Origin: an uncultured Lachnospiraceae bacterium
GTDB lineage: Bacteria > Bacillota > Clostridia > Lachnospirales > Lachnospiraceae
Assembly: GCA_947165275.1 (NCBI GenBank)
Contig: CAMUZQ010000005.1
Coordinates: 15,110 to 79,109 of the forward strand
Reading direction: 5' to 3'
Length of the DNA: 64,000 bases
Shown here: in pieces, positions 1 to 9,476 of the stretch
Layout: each line of letters starts with the position of its first letter
How positions within the stretch are numbered: the stretch's first letter is position 1
Made by a program: the position numbers and the translations under genes
The notes under the pieces: generated by a model
The model's database searches: none
The model's input: the letters and a program-made list of their open reading frames with translations, nothing else
Told to the model about the DNA's origin: nothing

Positions 1-82
1 CCTTGATGCCGAAAACATTATCATCAAGCTCCATTGAGCCTGTCTCTTTTCCTGTCATGTCATAGACTTTTACGTTAGCCAC
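1..82 (-). CDS. rplD: 50S ribosomal protein L4, N-terminal part (runs off window edge)
   Basis: Manual translation from GTG at 82: MANVKVYDMTGKETGSMELDDNVFGIK; AGGAGG RBS upstream; follows rplC in the canonical S10 order. Confidence 0.93.
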   Translation of the reverse strand, partial: MANVKVYDMTGKETGSMELDDNVFGIK

Positions 83-105
83 CTTAGTTTCCTCCTTCCT
101 TTCGA

Positions 106-789
106 TTATTTAGAGACCTTGGTAGTCTCTTTGATCGTTATCAGGCCCTTCTTGGGTCCGGGAACCGCACCCTTGATGAGCAGCAGGTTTTTCTCGGCAT
201 CCGCACGCACAACCTCGAGATTGCGGACCGTAACCTGTACGGAACCCATATGTCCGGGCATCCCCTTGCCCTTGAATACACGGCTGGGTGAGGATGTAGC
301 TCCGTTTGATCCCTGATGACGATGGAACTTGGAACCATGCTTCATGGGTCCTCTGTGCTGACCCAGTCTCTTGATGGCACCCTGGAATCCCTTTCCTTTT
401 GATATAGCCGTAGCGTCGACCTTATCGCCAACCTCGAATATATCCGCCTTTATCTCAGCGCCTAATTCGTAATCAGAGCAATTCTCAAATCTGAACTCCC
501 TGACGAACTGCTTAGGCTCCACGCCTGCTTTCTTGAAATGTCCCATCTCGGGCTTATTCGCGCCATGTCTGTGTGCTACGGACTTCGCACCGCCCTTGTC
601 CTTGGTAACTATCTTTTCCTTCTTGTCGCCAAAGCCTACCTGGACAGCCTCATAACCGTCATTCTCGATAGTCTTAAGCTGGGTTACGACACAGGGGCCG
701 GCTTCCAGAACCGTTACCGGTATCATCACGCCGTTCTCATCAAAGATCTGTGTCATACCTACTTTTTTCGCAAGTATCGCTTTCTTCAT
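106..789 (-). CDS. rplC: 50S ribosomal protein L3
   Basis: [21 protein letters not shown] and KGMPGHMG motifs; follows rpsJ. Confidence 0.98.
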   Translation of the reverse strand: MKKAILAKKVGMTQIFDENGVMIPVTVLEAGPCVVTQLKTIENDGYEAVQVGFGDKKEKIVTKDKGGAKSVAHRHGANKPEMGHFKKAGVEPKQFVREFRFENCSDYELGAEIKADIFEVGDKVDATAISKGKGFQGAIKRLGQHRGPMKHGSKFHRHQGSNGATSSPSRVFKGKGMPGHMGSVQVTVRNLEVVRADAEKNLLLIKGAVPGPKKGLITIKETTKVSK

Positions 790-855
790 CTTTTATCTTG
801 TCCTTTCTGCGCCTCGGAACACCTTCCTTTGTGTTCAATACGCACTTCCTGATTT

Positions 856-1176
856 TTAATTCTTTTCCTTCATCTTTATGTCGATATGAACGCCTGCAGG
901 CATCTCAAGACGCTGAAGCACGTCCACAGTCTTCTGTGTGGGCGCGATGACATCGATGAGCCTCTTGTGCGTTCTCTGCTCGAACTGCTCTCTGGAATCC
1001 TTGTACTTATGCACCGCACGAAGGATCGTGACCACCTCTTTCTTTGTAGGAAGGGGAACAGGACCGGAAACATCGGAACCATTCTTCCTTACTGCCTCGA
1101 TGATCTTTGCTGCAGACTGATCAACAAGCTCATGGTCATATGCCTTGAGTGTGATCCTCATTACCTGTTTTGCCAT
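856..1176 (-). CDS. rpsJ: 30S ribosomal protein S10
   Basis: [17 protein letters not shown] and [14 protein letters not shown] motifs. Confidence 0.98.
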   Translation of the reverse strand: MAKQVMRITLKAYDHELVDQSAAKIIEAVRKNGSDVSGPVPLPTKKEVVTILRAVHKYKDSREQFEQRTHKRLIDVIAPTQKTVDVLQRLEMPAGVHIDIKMKEKN

Positions 1177-1491
1177 AAAAAAAGTCGCCTCCTTAAATTA
1201 TGATTGCTTTGGTCGGTGACTGTACACATTGCCGCGTGTGTCCTTATATATATAAAACACGAAATACGGCCATATTATGTCCGGAGCCAGTTCCCTCAGG
1301 CTTTGCCCCATCCAATATCTGTACAGTGACTTCGTCGCCAGTATCTGTGAATCTGCAGACTATATGATATCTGTCTGCAGCTCCTTGACTTGACATTCGC
1401 TCCACGAAATTACCTGTCCAGCCTGGGTCTGAATACCTTAACGTATTCGCGTCGACAGCAACTTCCGCTTCCCAGCTATCGCGTCACGGCA
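1177..1491 (-). promoter_or_regulatory. Long structured 5' leader of the S10 operon (putative r-protein leader)
   Basis: About 315 nt non-coding between the predicted promoter and rpsJ; includes inverted repeat CTGCAGAC 1353-1360 / GTCTGCAG 1373-1380. Confidence 0.55.
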
Positions 1492-1497
1492 AGAGCT

Positions 1498-1526
1498 AGA
1501 TTATCACAGTTTGGAAAGCAATGCAA
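1498..1526 (-). promoter_or_regulatory. Predicted sigma-A promoter of the S10 operon
   Basis: TTGCAT-17 bp-TAATCT with TG extended -10 on the minus strand. Confidence 0.55.
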
Positions 1527-1610
1527 GAAAAAAATAAAGAAACTTGAAAATATTACGGAAAATCGGATATTTTGCGGCCATTTCACCTGAAAAACACAAG
1601 GCCGGCAGAC

Positions 1611-2120
1611 TCAGTACGCAAAAACAAAATAGTTCACAAAGGTCATCACAAGGTTATTATTATATAGAAGCTTTACAAACGGATTTCCGTTAACTGCCTC
1701 AAAAAAGCCCGGCAGCTCTTTGGGACCGTATATCAGCAGCAGGAAGAAAAAGCTCCCCCATATCAGTACCAAACCTCCCACGAAACCGAATACTCCGCCC
1801 AGCAAACGGTTTACTGTACCTATCACCGGCGCATCCCCCACTATCCTGAAGAGTCTGAGCACGGTCTTTATCAGCCACCGGAGCAGGAAGAAGGTCACTC
1901 CGAAAGCCACCACATCCACCACGGCATCATTGATTGCAAAGCCTGTCACATCTCCCAGAACATCCTCCTTGAATATGGGAAAGGCGACTGTCATCAGCCA
2001 GAATGAAAGAAAGGCCGATACCAGAGGAATAAGCGCACGGATCAGACCGGCCCGTCTTCCTGCAAAGAAGCATATGAGCAATACTGCTATTATTATCAGA
2101 AACAAAGTGTTCGGATTCAT
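1611..2120 (-). CDS. CvpA (colicin V production) family membrane protein
   Basis: Four hydrophobic segments; GLIRAL and NRLLGGVFG motifs. Confidence 0.75.
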   Translation of the reverse strand: MNPNTLFLIIIAVLLICFFAGRRAGLIRALIPLVSAFLSFWLMTVAFPIFKEDVLGDVTGFAINDAVVDVVAFGVTFFLLRWLIKTVLRLFRIVGDAPVIGTVNRLLGGVFGFVGGLVLIWGSFFFLLLIYGPKELPGFFEAVNGNPFVKLLYNNNLVMTFVNYFVFAY

Positions 2121-2129
2121 ATCTTATTC

Positions 2130-3317
2130 CTATCTCACAAGCTGTATGAGCTTCACTGTCTCCCGGTTTACCAGGATATAACGTCTGGCCTTGTCTGTAG
2201 GCGATACAAGGAGTGTAGAATCATCCAGGGGTCCGTCATATTTAACCACTCCCTTCATATCATATATTATCATATGCGTATCGCTGTATATCACGATCCG
2301 GCTCTTGTTTACCTGTACATCGATATAATTTATATCGAAGGGTATGGTGAGCAGCTCCTCTCCCGCCAGATTGAAAACAGATGCAGTATACCCTCCTTCA
2401 ATTGTGCTCTCTTTCACAAGCACGATACGGTCTTCGCTGTAAAAAACGCCCTTTATCCGCGTACCGAAGGAATATTCATATTTTTTTTCCGGCTTCTGGT
2501 CTCCGGAAAATATCACCATTTTTTCTGTGCCGACACAAAATGCCGTGGAATCATTGAGGAATTTCACCCTGGGTATCAGCATTCCCTCAAAATCATATCC
2601 GCTCATATAATGGTCGCTTTCATTCGCCCCCACCTCTCCGAAATTGTAGAAAGCAACCGAGCTTCTCATATTGGCCCCTTCCACCCGGGTATATGCCACC
2701 GCGAGCAGATAGCCGCTCGGAGAGATAGATATATCCATCGGATAGCCGCTCTCTGCCATGGTGCATTTGATGGAAGCAAGCTCTTCACCGGTCTTGTCAA
2801 AAAGCCGGATCCATGAGGTCCCCGAGTCCTCGAGAACGGCCGCCACCACACCCTGTCTGGAGACGCACAGATCCATGACAGGCAGCTTGGTCGCTACCTT
2901 GCTCATATCATCCGACGCTGATGCAATATAGATCTCCGTCCCCTGTTTATCCGCTATAGCTACGCAGTCTCCGCAGGTTGCCGCCTGTGGATCCTGCATT
3001 TCATAGGTGACATTCCATATGGCCTTGCCGTTTCCTTCAAAGGCTTCGGCTCCGTCTCTGGACAGCTTCAGCACATGGCCGTTATAGGCAATGTAGCTTG
3101 ATGTATCCGAATCCTGCCGCATGGCCTTGGACAGGATCTCATAATCATTAAAGGTGGTATTCTGATACAGATGATGTACGATCCAGATGACAGAAATCAG
3201 GGCCGCGATAAGAGCCACGACCCTGAGTAATTTTTTAATACGGTGCATCAAGATCTCTCTGTCAGCACTTCTGTCATTATTTGATCTGTTTCCTTTTACT
3301 AAAGTAAATCCCGACAT
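2130..3317 (-). CDS. Membrane-anchored beta-propeller-like protein (DUF5711-like)
   Basis: Single N-terminal TM helix followed by repeated beta-rich blades; resembles a Lachnospiraceae hypothetical family (from memory). Confidence 0.55.
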   Translation of the reverse strand: MSGFTLVKGNRSNNDRSADREILMHRIKKLLRVVALIAALISVIWIVHHLYQNTTFNDYEILSKAMRQDSDTSSYIAYNGHVLKLSRDGAEAFEGNGKAIWNVTYEMQDPQAATCGDCVAIADKQGTEIYIASASDDMSKVATKLPVMDLCVSRQGVVAAVLEDSGTSWIRLFDKTGEELASIKCTMAESGYPMDISISPSGYLLAVAYTRVEGANMRSSVAFYNFGEVGANESDHYMSGYDFEGMLIPRVKFLNDSTAFCVGTEKMVIFSGDQKPEKKYEYSFGTRIKGVFYSEDRIVLVKESTIEGGYTASVFNLAGEELLTIPFDINYIDVQVNKSRIVIYSDTHMIIYDMKGVVKYDGPLDDSTLLVSPTDKARRYILVNRETVKLIQLVR

Positions 3318-3324
3318 GCGCGGA

Positions 3325-4266
3325 TTATAACATATTTTTTATCTGTCCGTAAATTCCCTTTCCGTCCAGCTCATACTTCTCAAGCAGACCGGACCATGTT
3401 CCGGACTCACCAAACACATCCTTCATACCGATCCTGTGAACCTCGACAGGGTGCTTTTCTGCTGTAAGCTCAGCAACAGCCGATCCGAGACCGCCTATTA
3501 TCGTAGCCTCCTCCACAGTGAATATCTTGCCGGTCTCACTGGCAGCCTTGAGGATGATATCCTCGTCAAGAGGCTTTATAGTATGGATATTTATCACTCT
3601 TACGGAGGTGCCGTCAGCTTCCAGCATCTTCGCAGCCTCAAGCGCATAGTTCACCTCCACGCCTGTGGCAACGATCGTGATATCCTTGCCGTCCTTCAAA
3701 AGTATGCCTTTTCCAAGCTCGAACTTGTAATCAGGTCTGTCATTTATCACAGGAGTCGCCGCACGGCTGGTCCTCATATAAAACGGCCCCTGCATATCAA
3801 GAGCAGCCTTGACTGCAGCCTTGGTCTCCACATCATCAGAAGGGCAGACCACGGTCATTCCCGGGATCGTCCTCATAAGCGCCAGATCCTCCATACACTG
3901 ATGGGAAGCGCCGTCCTCACCTACAGTGATACCTGCATGTGTCGCGCCGATCTTTACATTCAAATGAGGATATCCGATGGAATTCCTTACCTGCTCGAAG
4001 TTTCTTCCCGAAGCAAACATCGCAAAGGAGCTGATAAATGGTATCTTGCCGCAGGTAGCAAGTCCTGCCGCGATACCCGTCATATCCGCCTCCGCTATAC
4101 CGCAGTCGATATGTCTGTCAGGGAATTTCTTCTGGAATATACCCGTCTTGGTAGCATTAGCAAGGTCCGCATCAAGAACCACAAGATCCGGATACTGATC
4201 TCCAAGCTCCGCCAATGCTTCTCCGTAGCTCTGCCTGGTGGCTACTTTTTTGATCTCATCACTCAT
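3325..4266 (-). CDS. Transketolase, C-terminal subunit
   Basis: DCGIAEADM, GEDGASHQ and TVEEATIIGGLGSAVAE motifs; 4-bp overlap with the N-terminal subunit gene. Confidence 0.93.
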   Translation of the reverse strand: MSDEIKKVATRQSYGEALAELGDQYPDLVVLDADLANATKTGIFQKKFPDRHIDCGIAEADMTGIAAGLATCGKIPFISSFAMFASGRNFEQVRNSIGYPHLNVKIGATHAGITVGEDGASHQCMEDLALMRTIPGMTVVCPSDDVETKAAVKAALDMQGPFYMRTSRAATPVINDRPDYKFELGKGILLKDGKDITIVATGVEVNYALEAAKMLEADGTSVRVINIHTIKPLDEDIILKAASETGKIFTVEEATIIGGLGSAVAELTAEKHPVEVHRIGMKDVFGESGTWSGLLEKYELDGKGIYGQIKNML

Positions 4267-5093
4267 TTCAAGCCCTCCTCTATCTTGTCGAGGTCTGCCA
4301 TAGCTACGGCATACTGCTCGTCATTAGGTGCTGTCCCGTGCCAGCTTACATTATTCTCCATGAAGGACACGCCCTTGCCCTTTACAGTCTTTGCCACGAT
4401 ACAGGTAGGCTGGCCCTTGGTAGCCCTTGCCTCATCGAAGGCCTTCTCTATCTGGTCGAAATCATTCCCGTCTATATTGATCACGTGGAAATTGAATGCC
4501 TCAAACTTCTTATCTATAGGATAAGGAGAGCAGACCTGGTCTATGGGACCGTCGATCTGCAGATTATTATTGTCCACGATCACGCAGAGATTATCCAGTC
4601 CTTTTGCTCCGGCAAACATGGCTGCCTCCCAGATCTGGCCCTCCTGAAGCTCGCCGTCGCCGCAAAGGCAGTAAACCCTGTAGTCCCTGCCATCGAGCTT
4701 CGCAGCAAGAGCCATTCCGTCAGCTGCGGAAAGACCCTGTCCGAGAGATCCCGAGGACATATCTATACCGGGTACATCATTCATATTGGGATGTCCCTGA
4801 AGCTTCGAGCCAAGCTTCCTGAGTGTTGTGAGCTCCTCTACAGGGAAATAGCCTCTGTTGGCCATTGCAGAATAAAGTCCCGGAGCCGTGTGTCCCTTTG
4901 AAAGCACAAATCTGTCTCTGTCAGGCTTCCTCGGATCCTTGGGATCGATATTCATCTCCTTAAAATACAGATAAGTGAAAATGTCTGCTGCGGAAAGTGA
5001 GCCGCCGGGATGACCTGCTTTTGCCGCATGTACCGCTGTAACTATGCCCTTACGGACCTTTACCGCGGTCTGCTGAAGTTCTTTTTTGTCCAT
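4263..5093 (-). CDS. Transketolase, N-terminal (TPP-binding) subunit
   Basis: GHPGGSLS, LSKGH, GSLGQG and GDGELQEGQIWEA...DNN TPP motif. Confidence 0.95.
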   Translation of the reverse strand: MDKKELQQTAVKVRKGIVTAVHAAKAGHPGGSLSAADIFTYLYFKEMNIDPKDPRKPDRDRFVLSKGHTAPGLYSAMANRGYFPVEELTTLRKLGSKLQGHPNMNDVPGIDMSSGSLGQGLSAADGMALAAKLDGRDYRVYCLCGDGELQEGQIWEAAMFAGAKGLDNLCVIVDNNNLQIDGPIDQVCSPYPIDKKFEAFNFHVINIDGNDFDQIEKAFDEARATKGQPTCIVAKTVKGKGVSFMENNVSWHGTAPNDEQYAVAMADLDKIEEGLK

Positions 5094-5122
5094 ATTTCCT
5101 CCTAACTTATATTATTCTGATC

Positions 5123-5153
5123 CCTGCGCGGGGACAATCTCTCTCCGCGCAGG
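5123..5153 (-). terminator. GC-rich hairpin after araD (possible terminator or processing site)
   Basis: CCTGCGCGG 5123-5131 / CCGCGCAGG 5145-5153 perfect 9-bp stem; weak U-tract. Confidence 0.5.
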
Positions 5154-5170
5154 AAGTCGTGATAACAGAT

Positions 5171-5863
5171 TTATTTCCCCTGACCGTAATATGCATTCTC
5201 ACCATGCTTACGATAGTAATGCTTATCCATGAGATGCTGGGGAGTGGGCTCTACTCTGGGCTCTATCGTCTCAGTACGGCATGCCATCATGGCAACAACC
5301 TCAAGCACAACCGCACAGTGTACTGCATCCGCTGCATCCTTGCCCCAGGTAAAGGGTCCGTGATTTTTGCAGAGAACAGCCTGTATCGCATTATGATCCT
5401 TATCCTTGAAATAATCCGTGATCAGAACGCCTGTGTTTTTCTCGTAGCCTTCGTCCATCTCCTTCTGAGTCAGAACCCTCAGGCAGGGAACACTTCCATA
5501 GAAATAATCCGCATGTGTAGTGCCGTAGCAGGGGATCGATCTGCCTGCCTGGGCCCAGCTTGTAGCCCAGGGGCTGTGAGTATGCACAACTCCGCCGATA
5601 TCATCGAATTTGCTGTAAAGCTCGGCATGAGTTGCCGTATCCGATGAAGGATTGAGCTTTCCCTCGACCTTATTGCCGTCAAAATCCACAACTACCATGT
5701 CATCCGGTGTGAGGTCTTCATAGGGAACCCCCGAGGGCTTGATGACAAAAAGCTTCTTCTCTCTGTCCACTCCGCTCACATTACCCCAGGTGAAGGTCAC
5801 CAGATCGTGCTTCGGGAGCAGCATATTTGCTTCATATACTTCCTTTTTCAGTTCCTCAAGCAT
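5171..5863 (-). CDS. araD: L-ribulose-5-phosphate 4-epimerase
   Basis: TWGNVS, KPSGV, PSSDTATH, HTHSPWATSWAQ and NHGPFTWG class II aldolase motifs. Confidence 0.93.
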   Translation of the reverse strand: MLEELKKEVYEANMLLPKHDLVTFTWGNVSGVDREKKLFVIKPSGVPYEDLTPDDMVVVDFDGNKVEGKLNPSSDTATHAELYSKFDDIGGVVHTHSPWATSWAQAGRSIPCYGTTHADYFYGSVPCLRVLTQKEMDEGYEKNTGVLITDYFKDKDHNAIQAVLCKNHGPFTWGKDAADAVHCAVVLEVVAMMACRTETIEPRVEPTPQHLMDKHYYRKHGENAYYGQGK

Positions 5864-5892
5864 TTTCTTTCTCCTCTTTCCTCTTCAAAGCC

Positions 5893-6897
5893 TCAATATG
5901 TTGAAAACCTGTATTCCGTGGTCGTATCATACTTCTGTCCGGCATCAAATACCGGCTTCTCAAAACCGGGCTGGTTGATCGCATCGGGAGCATACTGGGT
6001 CTCGAGACAGAGTGCCTGTCTCTTGTCATACTTCACGCCGCCCTTGCCGGTCTGGGGAGATATGCAGTTGCCTGCATAGAACTGTATGCAGGGAAGATCC
6101 GTATAAACCTCCATCTTAACCCCGGATCTGTCACATTTGACCTCGGCAGCCTTCGAAAAATCACCTGTCAGATGATCCAGCACGAAATTGTGATCATATC
6201 CCTGAACCAGTGTAAGCTGCTCTATATCATCATCTATGCTCTTTCCTATCTCTCTGAAATCGGTGAAATCAAAAACCGTACCCTCAACCTTGGTTATCTC
6301 TCCTGTAGGTATAGCGCCGGCTACCACCGGAGTATACTGATGTGAATACAGCTTAAGCTCATGATCATGTATGGAGCTTGAAAGATCTCCGCTCAGATTG
6401 AAATATGAATGATTTGTACAGTTGATCAGTGTCTTCTTGTCGGATACTCCTTCATAGCGGATCTTCAGTCCGTTATCATCCGTGAGGGTATAGGTTACTG
6501 TCATATCCAGCTTTCCGGGGAATCCGCCGTCTCCATCAGGACTGGTAAACTTAAACTCTACCGAGTTTCCGTCCTGTCTGCCTTCCCAATGCATCTTGTG
6601 GAAGCCCGTGTCTGCATCGGTATGAAGGTTGTTCTTGCCGTCATTCACCGGAAGCTTGTATTCCTTGCCGTCCAGGACAAATCTTGCATCATTGATGCGG
6701 TTTGCCATCCTTCCGATACAGGCTCCGAAGAAGCAGCTGTTCACCTTGTACTCTTCCGGAGAATCAAAGCCCATGACGATATCCTTGATATTGCCATCCT
6801 TGTCCGGGACCCATATCTCCATGATATTGGCACCGAAATCCGTCACCTTGACCTTCATCCCGTTCTTGTTTGTCAGTTCAAATACCTTGTGCTCCAT
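5893..6897 (-). CDS. galM: Aldose 1-epimerase (mutarotase)
   Basis: GRMANRI, NNLH, NHSYFNL, GYDHNF and CLETQ motifs; start moved to ATG 6897 with AGGAGG RBS. Confidence 0.9.
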   Translation of the reverse strand: MEHKVFELTNKNGMKVKVTDFGANIMEIWVPDKDGNIKDIVMGFDSPEEYKVNSCFFGACIGRMANRINDARFVLDGKEYKLPVNDGKNNLHTDADTGFHKMHWEGRQDGNSVEFKFTSPDGDGGFPGKLDMTVTYTLTDDNGLKIRYEGVSDKKTLINCTNHSYFNLSGDLSSSIHDHELKLYSHQYTPVVAGAIPTGEITKVEGTVFDFTDFREIGKSIDDDIEQLTLVQGYDHNFVLDHLTGDFSKAAEVKCDRSGVKMEVYTDLPCIQFYAGNCISPQTGKGGVKYDKRQALCLETQYAPDAINQPGFEKPVFDAGQKYDTTTEYRFSTY

Positions 6898-6931
6898 TAC
6901 CCGCCTCCTATATATAAATTCTTTTTTTGTT

Positions 6932-7531
6932 TCACAACTCAACCCGCCCGTCAAGCGCCCTGAGGAGTGTTATCTCGTCTATATTCTCAAGATCTCCCCC
7001 CACCGGAACACCGCTCGCTATCCTTGTGACCTTTATCCCGGAAGGCTTGATGAGCTTGCTTATATACATCGCCGTGGTCTCACCCTCAAGCGAAGAATTG
7101 GTAGCTATGATCACCTCATTGATACTCCCGGACTGAAGCCTGGACATCAGCTCCTTGAGCCTGATATCATTGGGACCGATCCCCAGCATAGGCGATATCG
7201 CGCCCTGAAGGACATGATATACTCCGGAATATTTCCCCGTCTTTTCATATGCCTGCATGTCCCTGGTATCCTCCACAACCATGATGGTCGTATGATCCCT
7301 GGTATCATTGCTGCACACCGGACAGGTCTCTGCATCCGTAAGCGTAAAGCACTCCCTGCAGAAATGCACATTCTCTCTGGCATCGATGATAGCGTCAGTC
7401 AGGCGCCGGACCCTGTCCTTAGGCATCCTGATAAGATGATCTGCAAGTCTGCCCGCGGACTTCTCTCCAATGCCGGGAAGAGCAGCCAGCTCCTCGACGA
7501 GCCTGTTCATCTTTCCGGAATACAGCTTCAT
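6932..7531 (-). CDS. recR: Recombination protein RecR
   Basis: LPGIGEKSA, C4 zinc finger, TOPRIM domain with GVPVGGDLE. Confidence 0.97.
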   Translation of the reverse strand: MKLYSGKMNRLVEELAALPGIGEKSAGRLADHLIRMPKDRVRRLTDAIIDARENVHFCRECFTLTDAETCPVCSNDTRDHTTIMVVEDTRDMQAYEKTGKYSGVYHVLQGAISPMLGIGPNDIRLKELMSRLQSGSINEVIIATNSSLEGETTAMYISKLIKPSGIKVTRIASGVPVGGDLENIDEITLLRALDGRVEL

Positions 7532-7536
7532 GGCAG

Positions 7537-7878
7537 TTACATCAGTCCTCCAAGCCCGCCCGTGAGGCTTCCCATAACCGCAGCCGACGCATCATCTGCC
7601 TGCTTCATGGCCTCATTCACAGCTGCGATTATCATATCCTGAAGCATCTCGACATCCTCCGGATCGCAGGCCTCAGGTGAAATGGTTATCTTTGTAAGCT
7701 CCTTCTTTCCGGAGACTGTCACCTCTACGGCCCCGCCGCCGGCAGAGGCTGTATACTCTTTACCCTCCAGCTCCTCCTGCTTTTCAGCCATCTGACGCTG
7801 CATCCGCTGCGCCTGCTTCATCAGATTGTTCATATTGCCGGGCATGCCTCCGCCCGGGAATCCTCCCCGCTTAGCCAT
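7537..7878 (-). CDS. YbaB/EbfC nucleoid-associated protein
   Basis: [18 protein letters not shown] and [14 protein letters not shown]; between dnaX and recR. Confidence 0.95.
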   Translation of the reverse strand: MAKRGGFPGGGMPGNMNNLMKQAQRMQRQMAEKQEELEGKEYTASAGGGAVEVTVSGKKELTKITISPEACDPEDVEMLQDMIIAAVNEAMKQADDASAAVMGSLTGGLGGLM

Positions 7879-7884
7879 ATACGT

Positions 7885-9465
7885 TTACTCCTTGTCGCTT
7901 ATTTTAATATCATCATAATTGATCAGAGACTCCAGATCGGGAAATTTAGTATCAGGATCCTCTCCCCTGGCCGGTCCGTATATCTCAAAATCAACATTCT
8001 TCTTTATCTCCCGCTCCAGGATCTCCGTAAGATCAGCCGAATTGGCCTTCAGGGATCCGGACGATATCTCGTCCTTGCAGACGATCACAAGCTTTTTCCC
8101 CTCCAGCGACGGCTTGGCTTCCCTGAGTATGCCCCTTACTATATCCTTTGAATCACTGACTATCCTGCCCCAGTTGTCACAGACCATGCGCACATCCTCA
8201 GGCAGGGCATCCGGCAGGGGAACCTTTTTTACCGGCGCAGCCGGCCTGCTTCCCTGTCCTGCAGCCGCTCCGGACACCTTTACACCCTCGCGCTCCATCC
8301 GGTCAAGCTTCCTCTCTATGACAGCCAGTCTCTGTCTCGTCGAGGCCGCATCATCCTGCATCTCCGGATGCATCAGACGCACTATGGCGATCTCTGTCAG
8401 GGTTTTTTTCTGTGAAGAATACCTTATCTCAGACGAAAGCTCGGAGAAGATCCGGATATACCGCATGATGGTCTCTGTCTCAAACCTCTTTGCCAGGACC
8501 TTCATCTGATCATAGGTATCTGAAGAAACACCGAGGATATCAGCTATATCAGCCCCTGTGGAACCATCGGCCGATATCAGCAGAAGATTTCTCAGGTATG
8601 AAATGAAATCACCTACAAACGCCTGGATCTCCCGCCCTTTCATAAAGGCGTCATCCAGGATCTCCACAGCAGACTTCAGATCAGCCGCTGCCACCGCATC
8701 CATCATGGACGCAAATACAGAGGTGTCCACCGCTCCCAGGATCTCAAGAGTCCGGTCATAGGTAAGTCTCTCTCCCAGAGTAAAAGCCATACACTGATCC
8801 AGAAGAGACAATGCATCCCTCATGGAGCCGTCCGCCTGTCTTGCGATGAAAGAAAGCGCCATGTCCTCCGCGCTGCCATCCTCCGAAGCCAGTATATTTT
8901 TCATCCGGGCGACAAGCGTGTCTGCCTTCATGCGGTGAAAATCATACCTCTGGCATCGGGAAAGGATCGTGATGGGAACCTTCCCTACCTCTGTCGTTGC
9001 CAATATGAACAATGCGTACTCCGGCGGTTCTTCCAGTGTCTTTAAAAGAGCATTGAAAGCTCCGCCGGAAAGCATATGAACCTCGTCTATTATATAGACC
9101 TTTTTTTTGCCTCTCTGGGGACTGTAGGCTATCTCCTCTATTATGGTACGGATATTGTCTACGCCATTATTTGACGCTGCATCGATCTCGATGACATTCA
9201 TCAGGGAGCCGTCCGCTATGCCTCTGCACATGACGCACTCACCGCAGGGACTTCCGTCAGGCCTTATATCCTCGCAGTTCACCGCCCTTGCAAATATCTT
9301 TGCGACGGTGGTCTTGCCTGTACCTCTGGTGCCCGTAAAAAGATAGGCGTGCGCAAGCCTGTCAGAAGTTATCTGATTCCCGAGAGCCCTTGTTATCGCA
9401 TCCTGACCGGCGACATCCGCAAAAAACTGCGGTCTGTACTTTCTGTAAAGAGATTGATAAGCCAT
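7885..9465 (-). CDS. dnaX: DNA polymerase III gamma/tau
   Basis: LYRKYRP, GTRGTGKT, C4 motif, EIDAASNNGVD, IIDEVHML and SRCQ. Confidence 0.97.
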   Translation of the reverse strand: MAYQSLYRKYRPQFFADVAGQDAITRALGNQITSDRLAHAYLFTGTRGTGKTTVAKIFARAVNCEDIRPDGSPCGECVMCRGIADGSLMNVIEIDAASNNGVDNIRTIIEEIAYSPQRGKKKVYIIDEVHMLSGGAFNALLKTLEEPPEYALFILATTEVGKVPITILSRCQRYDFHRMKADTLVARMKNILASEDGSAEDMALSFIARQADGSMRDALSLLDQCMAFTLGERLTYDRTLEILGAVDTSVFASMMDAVAAADLKSAVEILDDAFMKGREIQAFVGDFISYLRNLLLISADGSTGADIADILGVSSDTYDQMKVLAKRFETETIMRYIRIFSELSSEIRYSSQKKTLTEIAIVRLMHPEMQDDAASTRQRLAVIERKLDRMEREGVKVSGAAAGQGSRPAAPVKKVPLPDALPEDVRMVCDNWGRIVSDSKDIVRGILREAKPSLEGKKLVIVCKDEISSGSLKANSADLTEILEREIKKNVDFEIYGPARGEDPDTKFPDLESLINYDDIKISDKE

Positions 9466-9476
9466 CTGTTTCAGTA

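Noticed and set aside
3436-4524. 362-aa plus-strand ORF
   Set aside because: Antisense to the transketolase genes; codon-bias artefact
6629-7642. 337-aa plus-strand ORF
   Set aside because: Antisense to galM/recR/ebfC; non-protein-like composition
9101-9108. A8 run in dnaX (minus strand) as a possible gamma/tau frameshift or slippage site
   Set aside because: Lies near codon 120 inside the AAA+ core, so a shifted product would not be a functional gamma; it simply encodes KKK
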